Positions 1-13,334 are shown, numbered from the stretch's first letter. The stretch is 64,000 nucleotides of DNA from Amphiscolops sp. MND2022 (GCA_964187785.1 OZ076409.1:38502001-38566000), one strand, 5' to 3'. Notes: generated from the sequence alone by a model not told the origin. Program-made: numbers and translations.

Positions 1-1725
1 GATGGTTCTAAACGTAATGTAGTCAGGTATAATAACTTTATTCAGGGGACTGGGGTTGTTTCAATTTTTAGGTTTGATGTTATAACTCTCAGGTCTCTGG
101 CGTCCTCTACTCAGGTCTATGTATAACAAAAGAAAATCAGGGGTTAAAATTTCAATTTATTTTGGGGGATGCTAAAAATTGTCTTGGCAGTAATGTTTTG
201 TACCACCAAGCTTGGTAACAACGTTTTTGGGCCGCTCTAAAAGCTTGGGAACAAACGCCTAAGGCTTCGCCCTCACCAATTTTGGTGTTTTGGGCCAAAA
301 TCGATTTTTTTAAACAAAAATCGCCAAATTTCTCAATGTTTTAGTAATTTAGACCAGCAAACTTTTCTGTTCCTGACTTAGCAGGTCTGATGGAACGTTT
401 TCATTGTAATCCCACTGGGCGTATTCCATTGTACAAAACTTTGGCTCTCAAAATTAGTAGAATCGAAGTTTGAGCTACATATAATGTTATTTTCAGGGTT
501 TTCGCGCTCAAATTCTTTCACAACCGGTCCAAACACCCTCTGGGTATTTTTTCCAGTTACCCTTCGTGAGAATAGGTTTGGGAAGATAGTTTTTGGGCTA
601 CTAATTTATGAAAATTGGTGATATCACCCGTTTGATGAGGGTATGCTGCAACTAAAACTCGATTTTTTTTGACAATTTCGTACAATTTTTGAGCAAAACT
701 GCGGCTAAGATTTCTCAATCACTAGTAAAGGTAGCGCTACGAAAATTACACCACTAACGTTCTGTTTTTGGCTAGTCCCACCAGGAGAGATTTCGATCTG
801 TCTCAGGAACACTACTCCAGTGTACCGATATTGTCACTGGAATAACACGTTTTTGGCTATTTCTCGGCAACCACTGGTTGGAATCACTCGCGGTTTTCTG
901 CGTTTGCAACGTTATACTCTAAACTAACAGAAAATAGGCAAGTAAAACCTGGCAGTTTCTAAATAAGGTCTCTCAAAATGAATTTCAAGTTACACCTTTT
1001 ACACTCTGGGAACAATATGAGAAACACGTATTTTCCCTAAGAACTTTTTATTTCTCGGTTCCCTGACGTTCGGGATGGTTCTAAACGTAATGTAGTCAGG
1101 TATAATAACTTTATTCAGGGGACTGGGGTTGTTTCGATTTTTAGGTTTGATGTTATAACTCTCAGGTCTCTGGCGTCCTCTACTCAGGTCTATGTATAAC
1201 AAAAGAAAATCAGGGGTTAAAATTTCAATTTATATTGGGGGATGCTAAAAGTTGTCTTGGCAGTAATGTTTTGTACCACCAAGCTTGGGAACAACGTTTT
1301 TGGGCTGCTCTAAAAGCTTGGGAACAAACGCTCAAGGCTTCGCCCTCACCAACTTTGGTGTTTTGGGCCAAAATCGATTTTTTTAAAACAAAAATCGCCA
1401 AATTTCTCAATGTTTTAGTAATTTAGACCAGCAAACTTTTCTGTTCCTGACTTAGCAGGTCTGATGGAACGTTTTCATTGTATTCCCACTGGGCGTATTC
1501 TATTCTACAAAACTTTGGCTCTCAAAATTAGTAAAATCGAAGTTTGAGCTACATATAAGGTTATTTTCAGGGTTTTTGCGCTCAAATTCTTTCACAACCG
1601 GTCCAAACACCCTCTGGGTATTTTTTCCAGTTAACCTTCGTAAGAATAGGCCTGGGAAGATGGTTTTTGGGCCACTAAATTATGAAAATTGGTGATATCA
1701 CAGGTTTGATGAGGGTATGCTGCAA
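1..1725. repeat. Tandem repeat, ~1073-bp unit (about 1.6 copies visible)
   Basis: gatggttctaaacgtaatgtagtcagg occurs at 1 and 1074. Similarity continues to ...gagggtatgctgcaa (651 / 1725) with scattered substitutions. Confidence 0.9.
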
Positions 1726-2149
1726 ACACAGGGGTACGGGAGGAGTGGTCGTGTAGGGCGTCACCACGTCATCACAGCTGGTGGAAACTTTCAGTGGTCG
1801 TCCTCTCGTTCCCCATACTTTGCAAGTTAGCTAAAATGAGACTACAGAACCCTTTAAAACAACATCCGGTGAAGCCGGATGTTTGATTTTACCAAGCTGA
1901 AACGCTATTTAAACGGTACTCTGTTATAAATCGGTTATTTCTCACTCCAGACCCCGGAAACATGCAGGAAACACAGAAAAAACACTAGTACAAAGCCTGT
2001 AAGGCTAGAAAAAGGCAATAAAAACAATCTAGGACTCTCCAAAAGGTTTTCCTAGATCCAGACCTAACAGGGCCGGAAAGCAGTGAAAACTCCTTTTTTA
2101 GCGAAAAATTGGAAAAATGTCCTTTGTGGGGCGCCATAAAAACTATCCT

Positions 2150-2451
2150 AGATGTAACGTCAAGCTAGTAGCTACGTTCTAGAAATGGGACAATACCCGG
2201 ATTGCTGCTTCAACAAGAGACCAGTGTCTATAAACAGCCTGGACATTAGTTTTTAGTCCCAAAAGGTCTCAGTAGGGACTTTTCCAAGACGCCGTGGAGA
2301 CTCCTCATTTTAGAGCTCCGTGGCGACGTGCCGGTACACTCAAGGTCCGGACACGTCCCACAAGCATGTAAAAACGTATCTTAAGGGTTCCTGGCGTTCT
2401 ACATACTTCCGAGGTCCGAAAACAGAGGTTCAGCTGAAATACATTCTAATT
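2150..2451 (+). repeat. Dispersed ~300-bp repeat, copy 1 (diverged direct copy at ~6054-6342)
   Basis: Shared blocks cgtcaagcta..gggacaat..ccggattg, tagggactttt, ccggacacgtcccacaagca and tccgaggtcc occur in the same order at both loci. Confidence 0.75.
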
Positions 2452-2939
2452 CCGAATATCAGCTCTAAAACAATCAACATTGGAATCTGCCAGATCCAAT
2501 ATCACCATAATCCTGCAAAAGTGTTCATTGGCACCAAAATCAATCAATATAATTTCTTTTAGCATGTTTATGTCGATTCTGAAGTTTTGGGCATCATCCA
2601 CGAACAGGGGATATTTGGATTCTGGGGCATTCTATTGTAACATCCCGTAATTCCGTGATTGGATGGCACAATCCTGGGTTTTCAGATGTCTTCAGTGTCT
2701 TGACATTGTCTCGTTCTCTCCTCTCGTCTGGGGTCTCTTTTTTGCCTTTGCTTCCTTTTCGATTTCAACGACCTGCCAGGTCGGCCATTTTGAATCGCAC
2801 CTTTTTTGGTTCTTGATCGAATTTTTGGTACTGACTGGTGGACGTTACAAAATAATCAGGTCTAAAAATCTCTTCTAATTTGATCTAATTTGAGAAAAAA
2901 ACAGTCAATTAGGATCTAAAACTAAAAAGTGATATAAAG

Positions 2940-3140
2940 TATAAAACGTGCCTCGGATATGTCCCCTTTTCGTCTAGTGCTCCGCGGCCCCTTGGGGCCG
3001 CTTATATTCCCATCTTGCTAAGCGAGGTCGAACAGGGGCAAAGACCTAGCGGAAAAGGACATCGCGAAGCGATCGTAGTGGGAACTGGTCTTTGCGACGG
3101 TGAGGGCGAGCGTGTATACATCGCTTATGCCCCACATTAT
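2940..3140 (-). repeat. ~190-bp GC-rich structured core repeat, copy 1 of 4
   Basis: cttgctaagcgaggtcgaacagg(g/a)(g/a)caaagacctagcg...ctggtctttgcga is shared with 13722-13862 (same orientation) and with 5276-5470 and 5826-5945 (inverted). Confidence 0.85.
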
Positions 3141-3263
3141 ATTTTCACTTTCAGAACACTCATTAGATCATAAAGGGGTTAGACCTGAGTATTTTAGATA
3201 AAATTAGATCTGAAAGTTAGACCTAACAGTTAGATCTACTTCCACTAGACCCAAGCAATTCGA

Positions 3264-5040
3264 TTAAAGGCGTACATTCCAAAAAATGTATCCATTGTGT
3301 ATTAATTCGCGATACTTCTCAGTTTTACGCGCTTCAGCCCCGGTGGCGGTGATTCCCGCGTTACACAGAGAGCCTTGATTCAGACGACTGGGTGCAAGGG
3401 CATCCACAACCGTGACATCCCTCACCAGCTGTTCACCCATTTCCCAAAGAGTCATGGTAACACCGTCTGGGCGTTTGCCATCGGATCGGTACAGTTCACG
3501 CGGCTCGAGCATTGAGAAGAGTCGACAGATCCCAACGTCTGCTTTATGAGAGAATTGAGAGTAGCATGACGTGAGAAGCGACCAGCACTCTTGGTGCAAG
3601 AAAGACCGTATAAACCGTCCCGTTAAACTCTTTTACCAAAATGGCACGTATGCGCAACACAGATGTTGGCTCCGAGACGTAAACCAATTGAAATTCGAAG
3701 GTGCTGATCATCAAGTTTCAAGCCTTGGTTCTTACAAGGAACGACGTTCAGCCATTGAGACCCGAATTTACCTTGATGAGCAATGAAAACTGTCGAACGT
3801 TTGTCATCCATTCTAGAAATCAAATCTTGGGTGGTTTTGACGAAGACAGGTTGTGTCCACTTTTTCTGGGTTCCATCGAGTGGACTTTCCTGTTCATTCG
3901 TCAAACTCAACCATTTCTCAAGCGCTTTTGTAAATGAAACATCTTCGAATGTCTCCAAGAAAATCGCCGTGAGAAAGTCACTCACACCAAAAGCTGAGGC
4001 CAAAAAGGCGGGAAGTGCTATAAATGATGCAGATGACAACCCAAGACCACCAATTTCAGCTGGCAGAGCCAGCTGAGTACTCGAAAAATTGTCAAAGTTC
4101 ACATTACACACTTTGGAAAGCCCGTTGCGTACGGCTTTGTCCTACCTTTCCAAGAGAGCTGGATGATTAAAACATGTACTGGTTCTCAGGAAGTTCAACA
4201 ACTTTGGCAGACCGAAGCAATTTTTCAACATTAAAAAGCCATAGTGCGCATCTAGTTTTTCAACTCAACAGTTCCATTAACATTTTCCAGTTCATTGATT
4301 TCTTTTTCAATAAATCTGCTTGTGATTTCGGGCCGAGCGGTGAACCACGAATAATAAGTTCATCTTTTTTTGATGTTTTGATCCCGGGGCAAAGTTTTTA
4401 GAAAGATGCTAAAATTGTCGATCGGCGTTTTTCAGGGATGTCCCCAAGGAAAAAATTTCGCATTTCGTGAGTTCAATTTTGAGTCTCAGCGTTTTTTTCC
4501 GCTTCAACTATTTTTTTGAGATCTTTCTGAACGGTTCTGTAACCATCACTTAGATTCCCATCGTCAAGGTACCATAAGTTTATTTTCGACTCCAAACTGT
4601 CAATCAGATCTTGAATGGAATTCGAAAATAAAGTTGGAGACCCAGGATCTCCTTGCTGGGTCCCTTCACAAGATTTGATAACTGAATCATCGTTAAAAAA
4701 ACTTGGTTGACTGTACGCCGCGTGTGAGTACTTATAAACTTCAGGGTGTATTTTAAAAGTTTTCTCTAGCATGAATTGTCAGTTTATCGAATTGAAAGCG
4801 TTTTCAAAGTCAATTGTCAAAATTACGTTTTTTTTGGCTGGGGGCTTTCTATCAAACAACGGAAAACATGTGAGGCCAATTCAGCGCCCCTTATCGTGCC
4901 TACACCTACTCAGAAAAGTAGCTTAATGAAATAACTGAAAAGCAGTTCAATGTCGAAAAGCATAATTTCATGCTAGTTTGTTCAAGGTTGACACAAATGT
5001 GGCGACACCTCTCCAAAAGATTCTGATTGCTTTGATTTCA
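3264..5040 (-). mobile_element. Decayed RLE-type (CRE-like) non-LTR retrotransposon fragment: RT plus restriction-like endonuclease
   Basis: Broken minus-strand ORFs contain the RT motifs EGTQQGDPGSPTLF and LWYLDDG (4473-4772), ICVAHTCH (3623-4111) and the RLE motif DGKRPDGVT...DVTVVDALAPS (3264-3599). Multiple frameshifts and stops. Confidence 0.85.
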
Positions 5041-5084
5041 CAAACGGTTAGTTACAGAAGCAGTCCGATATGCGGTAAAAATTA

Positions 5085-5650
5085 GGTCCAGTTTGTAGAA
5101 AACCAGTTTGTAGATATTCTACAAACGGGTCCTGGTGGTCCAGATTGTATATTTTTTTCTACAAACTGGATCATTAAATTTTTCAAACTGGTATTCAAAT
5201 TCTCCAGCTGGACATCCTTCACACAAGATCTTGAGAGCTCCACCGACTGAAGGAATAAGTTCTAAAAACTGATATGTGGGGCATATCCGGCGTATGCACA
5301 CCCGCCCTCACCGTCGCAAAGACCAGCTCCCAGTACGATCGCTTCGCGGTCTCCGTTCTCGCTAGGTCTTTGCTCCTGTTCGACCTCGCTTAGCAAGGTG
5401 GGAACATAAGCGGCCCCCGCGGGGCACTAGATGAAATGGTAACTATCAGAGGCACGTGTTATACTTAGTTCAAAATTCAAAAACAGTGATTCGAACTTAC
5501 AGACAACTCCAGAGTTCTACAAACTGTTATTCAACAAACTGGACCTAACCAGTTTGTAGAAAACCAGTTTGTAGAAACAAAATTCTACAAACTGGATCTC
5601 ACTTTTCTACAAGCTGGATTCTACAAACTGGTTTTCTACAAACTGGCTCC
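5085..5650. mobile_element. MITE-like element with ~28-bp terminal inverted repeats, subterminal CTACAAACTGG arrays and core repeat copy 2
   Basis: Left end ggtCCAGTTTGTAGAAAACCAGTTTGTAGA (5085-5114) is the reverse complement of the right end TCTACAAACTGGTTTTCTACAAACTGGctcc (5620-5650). Flanks are tta / ata. The core lies at 5276-5470. Confidence 0.65.
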
Positions 5651-5776
5651 ATACCTGCGGTAACTATGCGGTTTATATGCGGACTCTAAAATCTAGCAAA
5701 ATACGCATGAAATTATGCGGATTATGCGGAGCATATAATTGACATGCGTGCATCCAACTGTAACGTCAAGCTGGCC

Positions 5777-6053
5777 TCGGGCAATATGTTCGATTTACTA
5801 AGTTCGAATTTGAACTAGTACAATCTCCGTTCCCGATAGGTCTTTGCTCCTGTTCGACCTCGCTTAGCAACATGGGAACGAAAGCGGCCCCCGCGGGGCA
5901 CTAGATGAAATGGTAAATATCAGAGGCACGTGTTATACTCAGTTCAAAATTCGAAAACAGTGATTCGAACTTGTTCCGGTTTTTGGAAAATTCGAACTTA
6001 GTCCATTCGAAACTAAAAATCGAACTTATGCGTTCGAACTTATTACCGTGCCC
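5777..6053. mobile_element. MITE-like element with TTCGAA subterminal arrays and partial core repeat (copy 3)
   Basis: Imperfect inverted ends gggcaatatgttcga / tcgaacttattaccgtgccc, many (aag)ttcgaa(ctt) motifs, and a core fragment at 5826-5945. Confidence 0.5.
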
Positions 6054-6342
6054 CGTCAAGCTAACAGCTATATTCCAACAGTGGGACAATGTCCGGATTG
6101 TTTTGTCAAGAGACAAGTGCCTTAAGACATCCTGAACACTAGGTTTTTGTCCCAAAAACGTCTCAATAGGGACTTTTTCATTAGAATAGAGAAGCTCCTC
6201 AAATTAGAACTCCCTGGTGACATGCCGGCACACTCAAAGTCCGGACACGTCCCACAAGCACGTTGAAACGTTCCTAAAGGTTCCTGCGGTCCTACACACC
6301 TCCGAGGTCCAAAAAGAGGTGTTTAGCAAAGACACATTCTAT
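6054..6342 (+). repeat. Dispersed ~300-bp repeat, copy 2
   Basis: Collinear similarity to 2150-2451. Confidence 0.75.
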
Positions 6343-6415
6343 TGGATTGATAACGTCTAAAATTGAGACCAGCAAGGTTCGACATCAGGCATTGCAATTA
6401 AATGCAAAATGCGAT

Positions 6416-6615
6416 NNNNNNNNNNNNNNNNNNNNNNNNNNNNNNNNNNNNNNNNNNNNNNNNNNNNNNNNNNNNNNNNNNNNNNNNNNNNNNNNNNNNN
6501 NNNNNNNNNNNNNNNNNNNNNNNNNNNNNNNNNNNNNNNNNNNNNNNNNNNNNNNNNNNNNNNNNNNNNNNNNNNNNNNNNNNNNNNNNNNNNNNNNNNN
6601 NNNNNNNNNNNNNNN
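6416..6615. other. Assembly gap (200 N)
   Basis: Run of n characters. Confidence 1.
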
Positions 6616-9600
6616 GTTAGCAAGATACTTATCACAGTTCAATCGATACATCATTGTTGCGAAAGTAGACGAAGCGAACAAATTGGATTTGTTCATTCTT
6701 TGCTGTGGAGAGAAAATTGCAGCATACTATGATGAGTTCTCATGGCCTACATTAACCGACGCAGAGAAAGAAGCGGACATGACTGAATACAAACGGGCCG
6801 TCGAGTTTGTTGAAACCAAGCTGTCAGCAGGAAAAAACGTGTCACAGAAAGAGTCAAGTTGTAGTCGCACAAGCAGAAACAATGTCAATCAATCAACCAC
6901 TTCGTCAGTGATTTGCGATCGATAGCAAAATTTTGTAATTTTCCTGCTGAATTCGAAGACCAAGCAATAGGAGACGGATTTTGTCAGGGGTTTTGCTCAG
7001 AATGTGTGAAAAAGAGTATATCTAGCGTTCGCAAAGAATCAAATAGTTAAAAAGGAATCGCTTCTTTCCGAAGCAAACTCAGCTGCTGAAATTGAAGAAT
7101 CAGCAATGGAGAATATATCTTCAAGAAAATCCCACCAGCTCCGAAATAGATCCAGTTACTGCAGCTGTCACATTGGCAGAAGGCGAACAATTCATTACAG
7201 CAAGCGAAACATCTAAACACCAGATCGAAAAGAAGTGCTATTTGTGTGGGTCGTCCACAATTCATTGTCGAAATGAATAACCTGCAAGTGGAAAAACGTG
7301 TCTCAATTACGGAATCAATGGGCACGTCAAGTCAGTGTGCCACAAAAAGAGACCTGAAGTTTCAAGCCTAACTAAACCAAAAATTGCTACCGATCGTGCA
7401 ACAAAAATTAGGAAATGCATCAATCTACAAACAAACGGCCAAATTGTACCCTGGCTAGTTGACTCAGGCAGTAATCTATCAATCATAAACGAATCATTAG
7501 CCGATCATCTTGGTCCCGAACCATATCCTGTATATCCTCAGCAAGTACATGCAGTTAACAATTCTAGCTTCAAACTTGAACAAAAGTGTGACGTAACATT
7601 GCAACTTGATAGCGGTGACCTCAAAATTTCTCCATATATGTGCAAAAACATAGCTGAACCAGATGACGGGGCTTTCCCATCCTTGAGAATCGCGGTGCAA
7701 GATGAACTGCAAGATGAATATCAGCCTTTCTCCAATAATGACCGTCTCCGAAAATGCCATGCCAATACGCACCAAATCAAGGCCCAGAACAACAGCGGGC
7801 GAAATCTTCATTCGAGGTGAAATTCAAAAATTACTTCAAGAAGGTGTCATAGTAAAAAACCAATCTCCGTGGCGTTCACAAGTTGTCATCGTCACACGGA
7901 AAAAAACAATTATGCACAGATTATGTCGCAACTGTCAACCGTTTCACTGAAATTGACGCTTATCCATTGCCTGACATCCAAGAGCTCCTATCTGAAATCC
8001 AGGGCAACTGCGTTTTCTCAACAATTGATTCGAAGGATGCTTATCATGAAATATTGGTTTTGAACCATGAGCGGAAATACACAGCCTTCGAAGCTGAGGA
8101 AAAACTGTAAGAGTTCACAGTATTACCCTTTGGCGTCGCCAATGGAACTGCTGGGTTTAGCAGAGCAATGAGCCATGTTCTAGAAGGACTGAAAAAAGTA
8201 AAAAATTTTCTTAGATGACATGTTCATAGTTGGCAAAAGCAAAGAGGAACACAACTTTAACCTACGGTCATTCCTCCAGCGAGCGCGGAACTTCAATTTA
8301 TCCTTGAACTCGGAAACATGTGCCTTCAACCAACCTTCTCTAACTTTCCTCGGACATAAAGTTGAAGAGGGACAAGTGAAACCAGACCCAGAGCGCCTCG
8401 AGCCAGTCAGGTCATTTCCGATCCCTAAATGCAAGAAGGAGCTCGAGAGATTACTAGGTCTCTTAGTATACTATTCGGAATGGATAAACAATTTTGCTGG
8501 TTGGTCGCACCCCTTATTTGAAGCAAAACAGCTAGGTATTTTCCTTTTACCAGATGAATGCGTAAACGCAATCACAACATTGAAAAATCAAATTGCGGAC
8601 GCAACAGTTACCTTTCCGATCAGCAACGTGCCCTTAGACCTCGAGACAGACGCTTCCACAATGGCAATAGGGGCTGTTTTATCGCCAAATGGTCAACCAA
8701 AAGCGTTCTTTTCTCCCAAGTCAAACTCTGGATCGAGGAGCGCTGGCCTGCAGTTGAGCTGGAGGCTTATGCTATTGTCAAAACTGTCGAAAACTTCAAT
8801 CATTACCTCGTGGGCAGAACATTCAACTTGATCACAAATCAACGAGGTGTTTCATTTCTACTACAGGGAAATCACGCATCCCTGGCGAAAAACTCCGAAA
8901 TCAACCGATGGCGTTTAGAGCTGGCAGAATATTGCTATCATATCACATACAGGCCCGGCAAATTGAATTTAGCAGCGGATGCCATGAGCAGGATTTCGTC
9001 CGTCTCAATTGATGACATCAGGGGCGACACATTCGATATGACTCGGACGATTCACAACAGAGATGGGTCATCCGAGTACAAACAGATTGTACAACTTCTT
9101 ATCTTCGCGGGTTAGTGACAAGTCAAATTTACCTAGTCTAACCTTAGAAATAGTCAAAGAATGCGACTTTTGTGCACAATTGAAACCTCGACTTGTTGAA
9201 ATGCCATCGAAACAGCTCAAACTATCCAATAAGCCGTGGAGTCGCATCTCAGTAAATTTCGTAGGTCCCAAGACAACTTGCAAACATTACCTTTTCACAG
9301 TAGTTGACGAGTTTTCATGGTTCCCATTTGCTTTACCTCCCTCTTCACGAAATAACCACTGAGTCAGCCAATAAATGTCTATCTAGTCTCTTTTTACTTG
9401 TTCGGGCCACCCAGTTACGTCCATAGTTACCGTGGTTCTCAGTTCGAAAGTGAAAGTTTCAAGCAGTTCTTAGACAACTGGAATGTAGGAAAATCTAGAA
9501 CGACACCATGTCATCACTCTGGAAATGGGCAAATCGAGCGTTTCAATGATGTTATATGGAAAACAATTCTACATCACTTGGCTGAACGAAATTGCCACTT

Positions 9601-10280
9601 GAATGATGCGAGGATGAATTGGCGTTCCCTCTGTCCAATATTCGAGCGTTACCTTCACGTTCCTTGAAAAATTCTACGCCCCACGAGTCATATTTTTCGT
9701 TCAAAAGGCGATCTACGCTTGATGCTAAGCAAAGGTTGGTCAGTAATGAATTGTAATTAAGTGAACTTTCAAATTGGCTGAAAGAAGGACAGTAGGTTTA
9801 TATGAAAAGTCATAGGCGGGCACTGAAATCAGATCCCTTAGTCACAAAAGTTTTCATTAATGGATTTTCATCCCCTTATCGTGCGGAAGTAATCTTCCTT
9901 GACAGCGGTAAAAGTTCGACTGTGTCAACTCGTCCTTTATCGAGAGCGCCAGAAAAATCGAGAAGAACAGAAGACGTTACTCCCATGCTAACAAACAAGT
10001 CTATCTTGCCAACGGTTGAGCCGAAACTATCATCTGATGACGAATCTGTCATCTTAATGAAAAACGAATCGGAAGAACAAGAAATTATTTCTCTCCAGGA
10101 CTGACTTTGAAATGCATGGAAATTCGGAAGACATATCGACAAAAAAAGATAGAATGAACAATCAAACTCAAGACAACGTGGAAATCTATCAGGAACATGT
10201 TGTTGATACTGATACTTTAAGTAACAGGAGACCAGTACGTACGAGAAGACGACCAGAGATGTCTGGCGAGTGGGTGTACC
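6616..10280 (+). mobile_element. Decayed Ty3/gypsy LTR retrotransposon internal region (gag-PR-RT-RH-IN pseudogene)
   Basis: Fragmented ORFs in gypsy order: gag (YLSQFNRY...), Zn-knuckle remnant (CYLCG), protease WLVDSGSNLSII (7335-7820), RT SPWRSQVVIV / FSTIDSKDAYHEI / PFGVANG, RNase H LETDASTMAIGAVL...AADAMSR, and integrase PWSRISVNFVGP / GSQF / GNGQIERFN. Many stops and frameshifts; the 5' end is lost in the gap. Confidence 0.9.
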
Positions 10281-10929
10281 ATTAATAAAGTCAATGCGTG
10301 TATTTGAGGAATACACTATGCAGCTTTCATGTGTTGGGTGAATGTAGTGAACTTGATGGCTTGGTACTTGATTTTGTTTTTGTTGTTTCAGACAGTTGAA
10401 GTATAGTTTTTATTCGAAGCGTATCTGTTCACGACAGGTTGGATAGGAATGAAGACATGAATTGAAACTGATTAATTATGATCACACTTGGTTTTTGTAT
10501 CTACAATTGCAATTGATGAAGTGGTTCAGCATCGGGTATATATATCACCGCGACAGGTACCTGTCAGTCAACAAAAAATGTGCGGTATCAAGATTTGTCT
10601 GTTGTATCGCACAAACAGGTACATGAATGTGCGGCATCAAAAGCTGTGTGTGCAATTTCATCTGGTAGGTAATTGAACCTCAGGGGTCGTGGCTCACAGT
10701 TCGATCATTCTCGCCTTGCGAGGCGGATGGCAAACCTTGACGTTTTAGTTTTGCAATTCTTACTACCAACTATGAATAAACACAAAACTATGTTTTACAA
10801 GTTTTGAATTTTTCAGAACATTGGACAAAACAAATTTGACTGTTATTGCGCTGAATACTTATCTAACATAAAGAAGGTGAAATTATCAATCCTAGGCTTG
10901 TACTTTTTAAATGAAGGTGAGCATCGTAA

Positions 10930-13250
10930 CGTCTAGTGATGTTTAGGGCTACACAGGAGTGTGTAGAAAGCCTTCTAACGGAAGGAATAGATTTCCAGAC
11001 AATCGACGATGATTCATCATATGTTGTTACTGAAACAAGCAATACCAACTGCTTCAGAACAACATATTCCAGTGAAGAAGCTCTGCTGCTTTTGGAAAGC
11101 GTTTTGGTGCGAAGAACTCAGATGGAAAAACCGAGAGCTCCGTAAGGCACGGAGAAACTACCGATACCGTAGCTGGGCGCATAACTTCAAGCTTTTGAGA
11201 GAGCGCCACAATCCTTTCAAAAATTAGTAAATGATAAAGCAAACGAATACTTCAAAAGTTCCATCGAAGACGTTAACGATAGTCACTCAAAGGACTTTTG
11301 GAAGCGTGTCAATAAACTTTTGACGGACAAGGTAGATGCTGGAGTTTCGCCGTTGTTGAAAGCAAACGAATTCCACTTCGCTGAAAAAGACAAAGTTGAC
11401 AAATGTTTTGAAACTTTAATCACTGGAAAACATTTGGGTAACTCAGCTTCAACGAAGAATTCAAGCTACACGTAAAAAATATTTTACAACAATCCCTACT
11501 TTCCGGAAGAACCGAAATGAAAAATGACATGTGGTTTAACTTCGACTTCACCTCTGAAGAACTGGAATGCTTTCTGCGTTTGTTGAAATCATCGAGAAAG
11601 TCACTCGATAACGACAAAATTCATCCCAAAGTGATCAAGTACGCAGGATCCCGATATAAAGAAGTCCTTTTCCGCATTGCAAACAGAACACTGAAAGAAA
11701 ATCACATGCCGTGGAATCATTCTGGCCGTGGAATCATCCTGGCCGTGGAATCATTATACCAAAAGTGGTATTTCTGTGGAAGCAAGGTAAAGGAGACTAC
11801 ACGACACCGTCAGCGTATCGGCTGATAACAATCTCCATCTATTTTTGGGAAAAGTGAGGAAAGAATATTGGATGCCAGGTTGAGAAGCTTCTTCAAAAAA
11901 TTCAACCTGCTACGCGAAGAGCAGGAAGGCTTTCAGTCTCACAAGAGCACAGTAAGTTCGTTGTACAGGTGGAAATGTTAGGTCGAAAGTGAGTATCAGC
12001 AGGAAAAAGTGGTGCCTTGATACCCAATGATTTCGAGAAGGCCTTCGTTTCCGATGGATCAATGGCGTGTTCCAAAAACTCTATCAATCGGGAGTTAGAG
12101 GTAAATTCATTAAACCGATTGAAAATATGCTAGTAATTGAAAGTGACTGAAAGTAATTTAAAAAGCCGCCAACTCAGCATTGAAATCGGTAATCTCAGAA
12201 ACCAATACGTTGGAGCCAGAAATGGACTACCACAAAATTGTGTGTTACAACCAATTCAGTTCATTTTTTGTTTCCGACATTTTCAAAAACCTCAACTGTA
12301 AGAAGTGCAAATTCGCTGACCATGGAATTCTTCTAGTGACAAGAGACACTGAAACTCGAGTCTATCTGAACTGTCAAATTGTTCTCAAACAACTGGGATA
12401 GTGGTGCAAAAATTGGAGGATTGCAGTCAAAGGTGACAAAACGTCAATATTATACCTCAAGACTGAGAACACGCCCCGAAGTTTTTCGTCGAGACCTGCA
12501 AAGTTACCAGAAACACAAAAATCCTGGGTTTGATTGTGGACAACAAACTGAGTTTCAACGAACATCTACAGCAGTTAGAAGGGAAAATTACTTAGCAGTT
12601 GAGCATATTTAAAAACTTTTGCGGCTATAATTGGGGTCTGGAGAAAGCAACTCTCATAGAGCTTTACAGAACTTCAGTGCTCCCCCGGCTTCTGTACGTG
12701 GGCCTGGAAACACGTTCAAGCATTTAGACAATTCCAATGCATCGCGCTCAAACTTATCATAGGTACAAGTACGAAATTCAACCAACTGGCAGCAGAAATA
12801 CCGTGCAGTCTCCCGCCTATGCAATTACAAAATCACATATAAATTTGGAACCAAGCTTTCTAAACAGCAGGCCATTTTGAGGAAATTGTATTAGAAATGT
12901 CCAATGCCAGAAATGAAAAGTGACGTATTCTTCTCATTGATGATTTTTTTGAAGTCACAGGTGCAACAAATAAATTGTTACACGGAGTCAACTTCCCAGG
13001 AGAACCTGAGAAGTAGATGGAACAGAATAATCAAGAACGCGCTAACGACTACCCTACTGGATTGGTCAATCACTCAATTTGAGTTGGAAGAGATTGCCTA
13101 TCAAAAAACTACAAAGAGATATCTAGAAAGAACTATCAACAAGTTCTTTTGAATTGCAAAGTGGAACTGGCAAAAGATGCGTATATAGCTGCTTCCTTAA
13201 TACACTTTGAAAAACTTTCTTTTCCAATTATCAGATATCATGGATAATCC
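10930..13250 (+). mobile_element. Highly decayed APE-RT LINE (I/Jockey-like) ORF2 remnant
   Basis: Remnant motifs in order: DNDKIHPKVIK, EEQEGFQSHKST, DFEKAF, GLPQNCVLQP (degenerate GxPQGSVLSP), KFADH (FADD), and KILGLIVDNKLSFNEH at ~12520-12570. Confidence 0.7.
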
Positions 13251-13334
13251 TCATCCTTCGAGTGCCATGTGTGTCATGTAAAGGAGGGCGGGGAACGAAA
13301 GGAGGAAACACCATATCAGCCACTATCCCAGTAG

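Noticed and set aside
2975-3002. Helitron 3' end (GC hairpin followed by CTAG) in the core repeat
   Set aside because: Homology between copies continues ~35 bp past the CTAG, so it is not the terminus.
6347-6732. ORFs containing long X runs
   Set aside because: Artefacts of translating through the 200-N gap.
10275-10800. 3' LTR of the decayed gypsy element
   Set aside because: Plausible (AATAAA at ~10776, TG/CA candidates), but the partner LTR is absent or in the gap, so boundaries cannot be supported.
11708-11755. 17-bp tandem repeat (gccgtggaatcat(t/c)ctg x2.8) in the decayed LINE
   Set aside because: Ordinary slippage duplication; no evidence of function.
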